Of a stretch of 64,000 bases of DNA, positions 13,461 to 26,937 are shown in pieces. This DNA comes from Octopus vulgaris (lineage: Eukaryota), in contig OX597819.1 in the NCBI GenBank assembly GCA_951406725.2, forward strand, positions 60,450,001 through 60,514,000, in the 5' to 3' direction. The notes beneath the pieces were generated by a model that did no database searches, had not been told where the DNA came from, and saw only the letters and a program-made list of their open reading frames with translations. A program made the translations under genes and the position numbers. The first letter of the stretch is position 1. The number at the start of each line of letters is the position of its first letter.

Positions 13461-14086
13461 ATCACCATAATTTTAAATGCTTATTTTTCCATGCTTGCAT
13501 AGGTCAAACAAAATTTGTTGAGACATATTTTCTATGACCAGATGCTTTTCCTGTCACCAACCCTAACTTGTTTCCAAGAAAAGTTATATTTCTCCATGAC
13601 ATGGTTTCACCAAAGATTAGAAATGACGGATAACACTTGTATGACAGTGACACTATCACACGATGTCATAAGGAAACAGTAACACACACACACAGAACAG
13701 ACTTCTTTTAGTCTCAGCCTATCAAATCAACTCATATAGCTTTAATCAGAACTATAGACAATATTTTGCCCAAAGTGCCATGCAATGGGACTGAACTCAA
13801 AACCATGTGGTTGAGAAGCAAACTTTTTACAACAGTTACATCTGTGCTTATATATGGACATATAGCATCTAACAAATGAACTGTGACCATTAATTTGTAT
13901 ATAGATTACACTCAGTTGATCCTAAACAGCTTGAATTTTTTTTTCTTTTCAGGCAAACCAAACAATGTGATAACATTTTAACTGTCTTCATAAAACATTT
14001 CAATTTGCACTGATCACAGCAGTCTAAAACACTCTCGACATTTGAAATTTTAAATTGTTTAGCAATAGAATTCATTAAAAACTTAC

Positions 14087-14140
14087 CTCTAAAAAATTAT
14101 CCAAAAGATTAGGCTCTTTATAAAGTATCAGTTCTTGAAC
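14087..14140 (-). CDS. SYMPK: Symplekin exon 3 (VQELILYKEPNLLDNFLE)
   Basis: ctag acceptor, gtaagt donor; matches VQELIINKDPTLLDNFLD. Confidence 0.93.
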
Positions 14141-15295
14141 CTAGAAAATATCAATATGAATTCAAGGTTTTAATATCAGAAAATAAACCAGTTGCAGAAC
14201 TAAGTGGAAAGAAGATATATTACATATAGGGGCTTACATATACAGTGTAGGCCAAAAGTAGGTATACACTTATTTATAACAATTGCATTTATTAAACACA
14301 GTTTAATCTCATAAATGCTTGAAATGTCCTCCTTCAACATGGCAACATTCCTCAAACCTTTCCAGAACACTGCAACACATAGCACAACACAAATTCTGAT
14401 CTGCATCAATTTCAATAAAAGCTTCTGAAATGAATACCTACTTTTGGCCAAATGTATTCTTGTTGAAATACCCTGCCAATGTTTTAGTTAATTTTGGAAA
14501 TCATGAAGAATTTTGTAAAAGAAATTGCCATTTTTGAGCTGGCTTTTGGAATATAAATTAACATAAAATTTCCATGGAAAATTTTCATTTTCAAGTAATT
14601 CAAATTGCTTTAAAACATGAAGTTTGTATAAATAGAATAAGGGGAAAATCTAGAGCAGGATGGTATCAAAAGGATTAAATATATAGAAAGGATGTTGAGG
14701 TATGATTATTGAGTTCAATACACATCATCATGGTTTAATGTCTGCCTTCCACATTGGCATGGGTAGGACAGTTTGACATGGTGCTGGCTAACAGGGGAGT
14801 CGTCCAGATTTCAATTGTTTGTTGTGACATGGTTTCTATGGTTGGATGCCTTTCCTAACACCAATCACTTAAGAGAACGTGCCAGGTGCTTTTTATGTGC
14901 CACTGGCATGGGTGCTTTTTATGTGGCATCAGCAACTGAAAGGACAAGCCTGTATATGTGGAAGACAGTGATTTTATTTAGCTTGATATGTCTTATCAAA
15001 TACAGCAAATCTCCACATTTCTCAGTCCCTTGTCAAGCATGTATTAGATTCATGTTGTGTGTACATAAAAACGAAAAATACTTTAGCTCTGTTAGATGTT
15101 CGATAAAACATTAATATTTTTTTTTAAATGCTAGCCAGTTTAGAATGCAAACTATATGTCTCCCACATTTTAATATATCACCATAGATGAATTCTCTGCC
15201 AAGAGCTCTAAAAAATACTTATTGTTACTTAAACAGATGCAAAATATTTGGTTTCCGAAGGTCTTATAAAATGAAGAAACTGCAGTAATACAAAC

Positions 15296-15364
15296 CTGTC
15301 GTAGATTTTCTGTTTTCATATTGTTTTTCTGCATAAATGATGCTTGATTAAGCAAATCAACCAC
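15296..15364 (-). CDS. SYMPK: Symplekin exon 2 (VVDLLNQASFMQKNNMKTENLRQ)
   Basis: tttcag acceptor, gtttgt donor, phase 0/0; VVDLLNQA motif. Confidence 0.93.
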
Positions 15365-16640
15365 CTGAAACAATAAAAATAGTTAGTGTTATTCGTTTAA
15401 AATTAAAATGAAGCAAGTCAATTTATAATTCAGTTTCATATCTTTTAGATTTAAACAATAGTAATAGATATAATTTGTTGGTGTTAGGAAGGGTATCCAA
15501 CCACAAAATCATCTAACTTAATGCTAGCATGGGAAACAGGTATTAAAAAATGATAATGAATAAATCTAAAAAATTTATAATGCTAAAATTTCTTTCAACT
15601 AATTGGCTAGAAATGGAGAAGCACTACTTGTGAATTTAGGAAGTTCTCCATTTGCTTTGACATCAACATGGTTCATGTTCAGCTTCAAATTCTAGCCAGA
15701 GGGAGGATTCCTGAGTGGCAGCTCTGTGCAAAGGGTTTAATGCAGTCAATTAGATGAAGTACAGTATGATAAAAGACGGATGGGCTCATCAATTGGTATG
15801 TAGCTTGCTAATTTACAGGAGTAGAGTAAGCATAATAGAAGTAGAAGACAACCATAGAAGAAACAGTATATCTATGAGGCAATGGCCCTAATGGATTATC
15901 TAGTAGTAGGTCTTTACCAATCAGCCTTCTCTGAATCTTATTTATGCCAGTCATGGGAAAACTGTTGCCTGCAAAATTTTCTTAATGACATGCCAATGAA
16001 AATTTACCTAGAATTTTTTTAATAGTTCAGCCTGCTTCTTGAAAAAGGTTGACCATGTCTGGTCTATGCTATATCAGTGTAACTACGCTGGTTCAGATAT
16101 ATTAGCAGTACTCTAATGTACATGGTATTTGAGTTTTGTGGTTAATCTGTAATTGATTAAGACTGAAATAGTTTCTATTTCTCAAGAGATATTGTCTTTG
16201 AGAAACATTTTTGACTAGGTTATGCATGCGAGGTTGCAAAGAAAGATCTTCAGACACTGTGAAGCCTAGCCTGAAGCCATTAACTGTGTATTATTCATAT
16301 ATAGTCTAAGACTTCCCTCAATATGTATGGGAATTGCAGTTGAAAGAGACTATGTTGTCGTGTTGTATTGGATGATGTTTAAAGGCTTCTGCTTATACAA
16401 GCAGTGCTTCTTTGAGGTTGTAGTGAAGTTTAAAAAAGAATGAAGGATGGCATCATCTGGTAAGAAGTAATATCAAGTAGATTAATTATATACAAAAGAC
16501 TAGTGAGAAAAACCTAAGCATACTTTGAGGGTATGAGTTTAAAAAAATACAAGTTCGAAAAAAGGCCAGCAATGTAGAGAAATTTTTCACTCTTAGAGAT
16601 GAAAGATTTGTTGACATCAGCCTTTAACTGTGTCTGGTTT

Positions 16641-16932
16641 AATACAAGAACTTCGGCATTCCTTCGATATATCTCGACAAGGACATTTCACTTCGGGTAT
16701 TTCTGTGGGTTGTGGAGTATAGATGTAACGAAATTATGCCAGCAATGTCACATTTTAAACTTGAAAAAAAGCCTTGTATATTTGTTCTTACTTGTTTCAT
16801 GTGTATATGTAAAATCTGCAAATTTCCAAGCAGAAGACAGAATCGAACTGCCATTTGCTTCCACAGAAATACCCAAAGTGAAGTATTTTGATTTTGTCGA
16901 GTTATATCGAAAGAATGCCAGAACTTCATACT
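16641..16932. mobile_element. MITE-like element with ~70-bp degenerate inverted arms
   Basis: ggcattccttcgatatatctcgacaa...ttcacttcgggtatttctgtgg vs ccacagaaatacccaaagtgaa...ttgtcgagttatatcgaaagaatgcc. Confidence 0.6.
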
Positions 16933-17521
16933 AATAACACACTTATGCAATATATCTATGAGGTTCTCATACTAATAATACTAGACACATCAAGATGATA
17001 TTATTTTTGCAGAAATTCTCAAGGCCCCAAGACCACAAGTGTGGGATGTAACAGAACAATACTTGTGGCTTGGCTCCTGAGAACTCATACACTGAGAAGG
17101 GTAAGAAGCTCATAATGATGAAGCTGATTATTCACAACTGTTTACATCACCATTGCAATGTTTAAAGTGAAGCAGATGGAATGATCATTGGCAGGATAAG
17201 AAAGGTTGCCCATTCTTGAAACTAGAACATATTTTCATAGATAGAGAGATTCTGTAGAAATACAAAATATTGCTGTGAAACACTGAGCTGTGACTATTTA
17301 GGTCTGCAGCAATGGAGAACAAAGCTGTCAAAACTAAAGAACAATAAGATAACTATCAACTACTCTAAAAGAAATTTCGAGAGGTCCACAGGAGATGGAC
17401 GATAATTAAAGACCTCTTTTAAAAAGAAGACAATGGAAACATAAGGGTTGAGATGATAAAGGATACACGAATAGATTAGGATCGATAGCAATTGGAAATG
17501 CAGTAAATTAAATTGCAGATG

Positions 17522-17575
<54 letters not shown>

Positions 17576-18229
17576 GTGTGTGTATATAAACATGAACTGG
17601 ACAAAGATGAAAGAATGATACAAGAATTCTGAGATGGTGTCTGAAAGAAGATATGAAGATTTTTATTTTAATAAAAAAAAAGAGAGAGAGAACCAGTTAT
17701 GTTTGGGATGATCCAAATGCACACCCCCCCAATGAAAATGTTTTTGCTTCTAAACATATTTAATACTCATTGTGAATTATTTGCAACAGAATACAAAAAA
17801 AAAAAGATATTTTCAGTAAATCCTGTACCTATTCAAAATCAAATATATGCGGCTTTTCACTAATAAACTGTTAGAATATCGCATGTGATTTGTTCGAAAG
17901 CAAGAATAATTGTTCAGACTGGATTTCCAAGAAAAGTCATTCCATCAAATATTTATTTCTACTAAATGTAAATACTTCCAGAAATCAGATGGAGAACATC
18001 CACAAACAAACTTTTAAATAAAATAAAGCCCCACTAATTCTTTCATCAAGTACTCGGGGATAAATCCTTTTATAAATCTGTTTCCAAGCAGGTTTTTACC
18101 AAGCAGAGGTAGAGCTAAAATCGAAGGAAAGTACACCATAACAAGAAGCACCAAAAGATGATTAATAATAATAATAATAATAACTATAAATTAAGTCATT
18201 TCAACAAGAGAACAAAAGTTTAATTTTAC

Positions 18230-18319
18230 CCGGTTATATGTTGACATCTGCTCAGTACCGGCATCTTCTTCTTCCGAAAAAAATTGCGCGGCAGTTGATC
18301 GCCTATTATCTCCTGCCAT
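18230..18319 (-). CDS. SYMPK: Symplekin coding exon 1 (MAGDNRRSTAAQFFSEEEDAGTEQMSTYNR)
   Basis: ATG at 18319, 90 nt, donor gtaaaa. Resembles the symplekin N-terminus (RRSVASQFF..EE..G...MTTSER). Confidence 0.92.
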
Positions 18320-18399
18320 GGTAATATTCATAAAAATATATAACAGAATAACAAATACGGTAAAAACTATGTCAATTGGCAAAATTTGTATGACATGGT

Positions 18400-18465
18400 C
18401 TACAATTGGATAGGCGCCATTACACCGACTAATTGACGGTGGCGCCGCAGCTGAGTCAGTGACAC
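18400..18465 (-). promoter_or_regulatory. Putative SYMPK proximal promoter
   Basis: Local CpG-retaining patch 80-140 nt upstream of the ATG. Contains two TGGCGCC motifs, a YY1-like AATGGCG, CCAAT (minus strand) and TGAGTCA at 18452-18458. Confidence 0.5.
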
Positions 18466-19262
18466 CAGTAGTCTCCCCTGTTTGTTCAACCATTCTGCAC
18501 TGTAAAGAATTCTTGCCCCTTTAACTGCTTATGTAATTCTAATAATTCTTCTTTCACGCTAATAGGTAGCTTTTTATTTTCATTGAGTGCAATTCAGTTT
18601 GGACAAATAATGAATTGTGAATATTTCTGGCGTACCCAAACATCTATCTATCTATTTACCTACTTACCTACCTACCTATCTGTCTGTCTGCCTGTCTTTA
18701 AAGGATCTCATCCTAATTTCATTCTCCTCTATTTTCTTTGTTTCTATTTTTCTTTTCTGCTTTTTTTTTCAACATGTCTGTAATATTCTGTCATCTGTCT
18801 AATCTCTCTTACAATCACTAAATTTTATACCCCGTTTCACCTCTCCATTATATCATAAATTCATGAAAGTTAGATAAATGACACAAGACCACACATTTAT
18901 AAATGGTGTGTGTTTGGTTGGGGTATATATGCAATTAAATCAACTACAGTGCATGACTAATATTGGCCTTAAAGTGATAAAAGTAAGTTCAATGCTAGTA
19001 ATATCAGAATTCAGAATAGTCTATTAGATATAATATTGTAAATGTAATATCGTTTATATGTGCCATATTTGAAGGCATATAAGATACATTATTTTCCCCC
19101 AAAAAATGTCTCAGAAATCACTCCAGGTTCAGTATATGAAGTTGGGCCTCCCATAAGCCCAGCCATGTTGAAACTGGCCAGATCCAGCCTCTCACACCAA
19201 CCATACAATGTCATTCTAAAACTAAGCAGGTACATCATTGAAATCTCAAATCTATAAGATAA

Positions 19263-19656
19263 TCTCTATATATAAAGCTGAAGTTGTCTGTGTGTGTGTG
19301 TGTGGCAGGTTTGGTAGCCTTCAACTAACACTATCTCCTCTGAGACCCTGCAGTGCAAGCTGACCAAAAATGAGAGAATAATAGAAGAAGGCTTGCTCTT
19401 TATTCTGTAGAAGAAAAAATTCAAATCAGACCAAACATTATTTACATCGAAAAGGTGCTTTTTTTTCTATGAAAATCCCTATTTTTAAAGATTTTTTTAC
19501 TGCTGTGTCGCCATTTTTCAGTATATTTCAACCAGAAAAATGTTCACTTAAAGAGAATAACAAACTACATAATGCAAAATTTTTACTTTTCAAAAATTCC
19601 AATTCTAAAGGGTCGAAAAGAAAACAAACCCAAGCAACGCTGAGCTATACTGCTAG
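19263..19656 (+). mobile_element. Non-autonomous Helitron
   Basis: 5' TC(tctatatataaa), 3' hairpin remnant plus CTAG; inserted between A and T of an older repeat with no TSD. Confidence 0.75.
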
Positions 19657-21230
19657 TGTATGATAAATTCAAAACAATGTGAATAGATAAGCAATACATT
19701 TGACGGAGAAACCTGAATGCTAATGGGTTTATGCACAAAAAGCTTTTTCATTGAATATGTGCCACTGAAATTGGGTTGTATCTAATATGCCCATGTGTCT
19801 TTTATGACATTAAATACAGTATATCCTCGACAGTAATATCAACTATTTATTTCTCAAATGGTACAACTTCATTAGAAAAAACCTGAAAGAGCAAAATTTA
19901 GTGTCTTATTTAACAACATATTTAGTTCCTGGATTCTTCCAACAGACTTCACCCACTTGTAAGTATTTGAAAGACTCCCAGTCTTTCCACCTATATTTTT
20001 CCTGTAGGTGTTTGGAATGGACATTATTAGCCACATTGATCTTACCAGTCTGGAGTGGTCTGTAAATGTCCAGGGCATTAACTCACATTAACTTGTGAGA
20101 AAAAAAAAAGAGGTAAAAAAAAATTCTCTTCTTTAGGTTAAGAGGAGCATCTCTTTTTGGAAACAAGCTGGAAATAAAAATAAATTTATAAATACGGACT
20201 CATACAATTTCTGGCTCTTTTCCCCTTGAAAAGAAGTTTTAGTCGGATAAGAAGAGTAGAGACTTGTGAGGTAAAAAATGAAGGAAGGTAACATATATTC
20301 ATATATGCTGTTCTTTCATTTTCATTTTACTTCTGAGTTTCCAGCAAATAATGATCTCTGCCAAATTCAGTGGCTTCACTTTCATGATCATGAAACAAAA
20401 TATTTTTACCACAGACCCAGATGAAATTTTCCAGTCTATACATGAGCAAAATGATTCATAAACGTATCATCCACCCTCAGTCGATCAGTTGTAATTATTA
20501 TCTTGAGTAACAATGACAATCTTTCTTCACATTCAATATTATCTGAAGTCTTACTTAAACCCTTCACTCCCTAGGGAGCACAGACCATCGACAACTTTTC
20601 TCCACTGTTCTCAACTCAGGGCATGTTTCCCTGATGGAAGAATTTCTGCTCCCAAGTCTTGTTTTTGAATTATCAGCAACATTTCAGTAGCTTTGCTTTT
20701 TATCTAGGTAGGGGTGTTGACCTGACACAAACCAATTTTTACCTCTGTAAGGAGGTGGTCCATATTAGTGTGGCCTTTATCCTGTGACCTGTCCAGTATG
20801 GGAGATACTACCAGGAGCTTGCACTCTGCTGGCATAGCTCTCAGGGTCACAGAGGCATATAAGCCACCACAACACAAGAACTGGACTTTGCAGTGGTATT
20901 TGAAATCTGGTGCTGTCAAATGTTAACACTTTCAAAGAAACATTGATAAAAGAGGAAGAAATGGGTCTCACCTACAATTTTTCCATTGATAACCTATTGT
21001 TGTTTTCATCTGCTGTCCTCCCAGCATTATATAAATTTGAGCCAATAAGAGAAATTAGTAGTTATTTGATTTTCTATAAGTAACAGCCAAGTCTTCCTTA
21101 AATCACATTCAAACCATCTTGAAAAAGCAAACATTGGCTGATGTATTTATAAGAGGGTTGCAGTTGGTATGACTTTGACCATAGGTCTGCTGGATCAGAA
21201 CAGACCTGGAGCTAAACAATAAGCATTATA

Positions 21231-21451
21231 CAGGGTATCCATAAATTACCTTTACAATTTGAAAAATTCAGAAAAAAATGAAAAATAAGGGTAACTCAGC
21301 AGAGATTTTTGGAAAACATAGGCAAACAAATAAGGTTTTATTAGGAACATTGGAACACTGCCACATGGGCTCCATTGGTTGCACACAATGCATCTAGATA
21401 ATACAATACAATAAATTGTGAAAGTTGTAAAGATAATTTATGAACAACCTG
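21231..21451. mobile_element. Tc1/mariner-type MITE
   Basis: TA-cagggtatccataaattacctttacaattt ... aaagttgtaaagataatttatgaacaacctg-TA. Confidence 0.72.
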
Positions 21452-21904
21452 TATAACTGAGAAATCTTCCAACAGTGATTATCAAATTTATTTTTGGTAC
21501 AAAATTTACAGCACAAAGGCACTTTATCTTTTTTATCTGGTCTTCTTTCCCTCCAATATTATCTGTCTCAAAACTGACATTTCTTCTCATTCAGCTTTAT
21601 TTCTTGATTTTCGAATTTAATATAATAAAAGTTAAACTATTTACATCCTCTTCTTCCTTCCTCTGTTACTGCTACTGCTTCCCTCATCATTTTAACGTAC
21701 TCTTTTCTATGATTCAATGGCTCCCACAGTATTTTTTTAGGCAGGTTTTCCTTGGCTGGATGCCCTTTCCAAGGGCCCAGGAACAGGGAGTGCAAGGAGA
21801 GCAAGCACACCCACTAAAATTTTTAACGGATGCAAAATCAAAATTCTTTGCCAGGTTTAGAAAATAGTGTCTAAAAACTGATTTATAAAAAGTTGCTTGA
21901 AGTT

Positions 21905-22440
21905 AGGTTTCTTCTGCGTTGGACAAACCACATTTCTAAGATTGTCAAGAAGGCTGAGGGGGTGTTAGCATCACTCAGTAAGACCTTTGTCAGCCACTCT
22001 CCAGCTATGTATTTAAAATTGTATACAACAATGGTACGTCCACACTTGGAATTTACATTCTCAGTCTGGAATCCCTATCTTGTTCAGCATATAAATCTCC
22101 TGGAAGCTGTTCAGAAACATGCAACAAGACGAATATCAGCCATTAGACATCTACCATACTCTGAACATCTTGCTTCCCTGGGCATGGATACATTGAAGCT
22201 CAGATGTCTGGCAACTTGTTGACACCCACAAGATTATCCACCATCTTTCCAACAACATCCTCGGGTACCTTTTTGAATTCCATATGACAAACACTCATGG
22301 GCATGCTTATAAAATCAAAAAAACGACACAGCACCCATGACTTCAGAAACATTTCTTTCATGTTCAGAATTGCTAAAGCATGGAATAAACTATCCACAGC
22401 AGTTGTAAGCGATCGAGACACTACATGCTCCCTGAAATCC
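21905..22440 (+). mobile_element. CR1-like LINE 3' ORF2 fragment
   Basis: HISKIVKKA...LYTTMVRPHLEF..SVWNPYL..INLLEAVQKHATRRI...YSEHL..LGMDTL; frameshifted downstream ..FRIAKAWNKL. Confidence 0.85.
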
Positions 22441-23209
22441 ACCAACAGTACACCTGAGCACTGTATACAACAATTTCCTTCATCATCATATATATATATG
22501 TGCATGCGTGTGTTGACTTTGTTCCCAGTGTTCAATATTTGGTGCAAAACTTTCTCTCTTTTCTATCTATTTCTCTGTCCTCCTCCTCTCCCCTCTTGTG
22601 TGCAAAACCTTCCCCATCTGTTTCTATCTACCTCTCTACTGCCTTCCATTTCTCCTACTGTCTATCTTTATTCCCCTTTTCCTCTGCACTCCCTCTTTCT
22701 TTGTACTTGCTCTTCCCCAACCTTCTCTACTCCACTGTCTCTCTTTCTCACTTTTTCATACCAAAAGACCATCCAATTATTTATCACTCATCTTTTTACT
22801 ACTTGACCAGTGCATAGGTAAGACATGTATTTTGTTTCATCTCCTGCCTAGCATTCACTTCAGACCCCCCTGTTTACCTTTCCACTTTTCATTTTCTTTC
22901 CTTTCTTTCTGTCTTTCTTCCCTTCTATCCCATTTTTCTATTCTTCTCCTGAGTCTTCTCATTGTATCTTTGGAACATAAGCACCACTATTTTCTTCCTT
23001 TTTTGTTAGTTTCGTCATGTAATGTGCCACATTTTGAAATACTTGCAATTTGTATTTTTACTGCTTATGTTTGCTCTGCTTGATATATTTCTTAAATTAA
23101 ACATTTTAATATGCAAAATATACTTCACATTATTACATATACTATACATTCATGCAAAAAATATTGTATCTATTGATTATCTTCAAAGTTCAATGCCAAC
23201 TTGCTAAGG

Positions 23210-23632
23210 CAGTTATGAAAGGCTATCAAGAACAAACACCCAGAGAAACTAATGAATGGGATCTTGTTTCATTAGGACAATGTTTCAGCACACAAGTCCT
23301 TGGTTTCAATGGCGGTTGTGTATGACTGGCTTTGAACTGGTTGATCACATTTCCTATATCAATGATTTGGTTCCATCTGGTTATCATCTGTTTCCCAACA
23401 TAGAAAAACAATCAGCTGGGCACCAGTATCACTGTGATGATGACACCTTACCTGCAGTTGATGATCATTTTGACCAACAGAATAGCTTCTTCACCAGTGT
23501 GATCCAAGCACTGTAACTACTAATGGAAGTGTGTGGACAGTAAGAGGAACTATGTTAAAAAATAAACTTCATTTGGTCACATTCCATGAGAGCGTCTTGC
23601 TCGGCCTATGAACATTTCAGGCAACACTCATA
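23210..23632 (+). mobile_element. mariner transposase C-terminal remnant
   Basis: DN...AH...FELVDHISYINDLVPSGYHLFPN (degenerate HPPYSPDLAPSDYHLF)...WKCVD, then a TIR-like end. Confidence 0.78.
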
Positions 23633-23899
23633 TTATTATACCTGCAGTTGTTTTAATGTTAACATTGAAAAAAATCCCCATTTTCCATTAAAAAAATTGG
23701 ACCTGGGTTTGCACCACCTAAATAAATTTTGTTGCTGATCCACTGGCCCTTCCTCTTTCCAAATATAGCCAAACGTGCTTTTATGGGAGATGGGTGAACG
23801 TATGATGTCCAGGAAGAAACAAGAAAAAAAATGAAAGGAAAGGAGAGAGCCAGGAAAAAAAAACCAACATAGGTTACTTCAAATGTTCCATTCCATATA

Positions 23900-24095
23900 T
23901 AAAAAGCACCCATGCCAGCACCACGTAAAGAGCACCCATGATGGTGCCATGTAAAGAGCAACCATGCCAGGGCCAGGAAAAAAGGTACCCATGCTGGCAC
24001 CACGTAAAAAGCATCCATACCACCACCATGTAAAAAATTACCCAAACCAGTGCCACATAAAAAGCACCCATTTTGGTGCCATGTAATAAGCACCC
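23900..24095 (+). repeat. ~26-bp minisatellite inside a family C repeat
   Basis: About 7 degenerate copies of aaaagcacccatgccagcaccacgta. Confidence 0.75.
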
Positions 24096-24270
24096 AGGGC
24101 ACTCTGTAAAGTGGTTGGCATTAGGAAGGGCATCGAACCACAGAAACCATGCCAAAACAGATGACTAGAGCCTGTTGCTGCTCGTTGGCTTGCCAACACC
24201 TGTCGAACCATCCAATCCATGCCAGCATGGAAAAAGGATGTTTAATGATGATGATGATGATGATGATCTT

Positions 24271-24632
24271 TTAATACCTCCGCCTTAGTGAAGGTGGAAG
24301 TATTGTTTTCAGCCGTGTTCGTTTATCCGTGGACAAGATATCTCAAGAACCACTGAATGGATTCAGATGAAACTTTCAGGGATGTTTGGCCTCATGACTG
24401 GCACAAACTGATTAGATTTTAGGATCAATCTGGTACTGGACAAGGATTCTGGATTATTTTTCCTGTTTTTTACTTAATTTTTGAGAGCGGCTGAATTCAT
24501 TTTTAGTATTCTTATTTGTGAGAGCAGTCGAGTTTATTTCAGATATTCTCATTTTAAAAATCATTTCTGGCTAATCATTGAGAGGATGTGGGTGTTGCCT
24601 TGGCAGAGGTTTGTGCTCTCTGAGTGCTCTTG
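24271..24632 (+). mobile_element. HINE/DINE-1-like (Helentron-associated) non-autonomous element
   Basis: Subterminal inverted repeats acctccgcc / ggcagaggt, 3' small hairpin, inserted in a T-run. Confidence 0.68.
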
Positions 24633-24712
24633 TTTTTTTTTCATTTTAATGAAAATATTTTATTCTGATGTTTAAAGAAAGATAAAGATATCATTTTTTA
24701 ATAAAGTAATTT

Positions 24713-24912
24713 TTATTCATTCTGATCATGATATGTCTTTAAAACTGAATTCAAGATGCCATGAGAGAAAATCAATGCCTGCAATTCCACTGCAACATTT
24801 TCTTCTCCTAATTGGTCGAGTTTAATGACAAGATCATGCCAACTTTCATCAAGTGGAAATTCTTCAAGGGATATTAAATCGTGAACAATTGGGTTGTTTG
24901 TATTTTCTGAAA
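24713..24912 (-). CDS. CLHC1: CLHC1-like last coding exon, stop TAA at 24713-24715
   Basis: tttcag acceptor, phase 1, open to stop. Assembled CDS is 1845 nt = 614 aa. Confidence 0.8.
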
Positions 24913-26551
24913 CTGAAATGACAAGAAGCAAATAGTTTTAGGTTGGTACTACCAAACTAAATAAATAAACAAAATAATAAACTGGGGTTATTGTAAAAGA
25001 CACTTATCCCAGGTACAGGCATGGGTGTTAGATTAAGGGGCTTGCTTCCCAACCATTAACTCTTAGGTTCAGTTCCACTGTTAGACATTTTAAACAAGTG
25101 TTTTCTACTATAGCCCTAGACTGACCAAAGCATTGTAAGTGGCTTTCGCAGACAGAAACTGAAAGAAGCCCATCATATGTGTGTGTGTATGTAGTGAAGG
25201 CACATGGCTTAGTGGTTAGGGTATTCAGCTCACAATTGTAAGGTTGTGAGTTCAATTCCTGGTGGCATATTGTGTCCTGGTACAAGACACTTTATTTCAC
25301 ATTGTGCCAGCTGACAAAAGCAAGTTGTACCAGCATTTCAAAGGGCCAGCCTTTTCACATTCTGCGTCATACTGAATCTCTCTGAGAACTATATTAAGGG
25401 TATGCATGTTTGTGGAGTACTCAGCCACTTGCATACTAATTTCATGAGCTGGCTGTTCTATTGATTGGATCAACTGGAACATCAGTTGTCATAACCGATG
25501 GAGTGGCAGTGTGTGTATGTATCTGTGTGCATGTAAACCCTCATCCAGAAATCAGGTAATGCTTGTAAATGAGAGTCATTCTCATACAAGCGAGGTTGTT
25601 CTTTCCAGTCTTCAGAGAAAAACATGTCTAGCTAAGGGACAATATTGCCTCATTTGGTAACAGATGAGGGTTGGTGACAAGAAGGGCATCTGACATGTAA
25701 AAGCACCTACTACACTCTTGGAGTGGTTGGTGTTAGGAAGGGCATCCAGCTGTAGAAACTCTGCCAGATCAGAGTGGAGCCTGGTGCAGCCATCTGGTTC
25801 ACCAGTCCTCAGTCAAATCGTCCAACCCATGCTAGCATGGAAAGCAGATTTTAAACGATGATGATACAAGCAGTGTCATTCATTTCCAATATTCTGTGAG
25901 AACACATCAACGTAAAGGTAAAGTTACCTTCTCAAGTCATGCTGACGCATAAGGGTCAGCTTCCCACCTGGTTGGGACACAAATTCCCCACCTGGATGGG
26001 ACACCAATTCCATTGCAGGGTTACTCAATTTTGCCAGCCTAGTGTACTGGAGCAACATGAAATTAACTGTTTTGCTCAAGAATGCAACAGAATGCCCAGC
26101 CTAAGATTTGAAACCACAAACTTATAATCATGAGTCCAACACCCTAACCACTAAGCCATATGCCTCCACAGAACATGTCTGGCCATGGGGAAGTATTACC
26201 TTAATTGGAAACAGGTGACAGAAAGAGCATCCAGCCAGTGAAAATCTGTTTCAACAAACTCCATTTGACCCATGCAAGCATGAAAGAGGGGACACTAAAA
26301 GATGATAATGATGATATATATGTATATATACAAACACATAGGTGTATGTGTGCGTGTGTGTGTGTGTGTGCATGCGTGCACATCTTTGTAGTTGTCTTGG
26401 CCCCGCAACTTAGCAGTTTGGTAAAAAGTACCAATGTTAAAATAAGTACTAGGGTCAATTTAATTGACAAAACCTTTCAAGACAACGCCCCAGCATGGTC
26501 ATAGACTAGTGACTGAAACAAGTAAAAGAATAAAAGAACACCCATACTGAC

Positions 26552-26937
26552 CTGTGTGAGTAATTTTTCTCCAAAACTTCCGCAAAAGGTTGATGTCCTT
26601 TTTAATTAAAAGTGTGAGCATTCTATGAAAACTTATCAATGGTTTAATGGTATTGCTTTGTGAATCAGTATTCAATACCAACGAACTAGCAAACTGAAGA
26701 GTTGGGAAGGCATCAAAAGCTGCTTCATAGTCACTGCTATCAAAATCAGCCAACGATTGGGCATAGTATAAACCATAAACAATGCGGTTTTGTTTTATCA
26801 ATGCGAAAGTAGCCTCTCTATAAAGACCCAACTGTGTGTAAATAAATTCAGCTAATGAGAGGCACCCACATGAACAGATCATTGAACACTTGCAATATTC
26901 TCTAATCAAATCACCTGCAGCTTTTGTGATTGTTAAT
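26552..26937 (-). CDS. CLHC1: CLHC1-like coding exon 7
   Basis: ttgcag / gtcagt, phase 2/1; LTITKAAGDLIREY...CLSLAEFIY. Confidence 0.87.

Noticed and set aside
18320-18493. 58-codon in-frame N-terminal extension of SYMPK in the ORF track
   Set aside because: Homology starts at the ATG at 18319 (good context accATGG); the extension crosses the promoter-like motifs.
22297-23083. Long overlapping ORFs (105-169 aa)
   Set aside because: Pyrimidine-rich low-complexity sequence and a LINE tail; no coherent protein or splice structure.
23900-24095. Regularly spaced repeats resembling a CRISPR array
   Set aside because: Degenerate tandem units without unique spacers, inside a eukaryotic retroelement; no cas genes.
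25195-25265. tRNA-like sequences with A/B boxes (also near 42900-42985 and 63420-63490)
   Set aside because: SINE heads that continue into SINE bodies; no closed cloverleaf.
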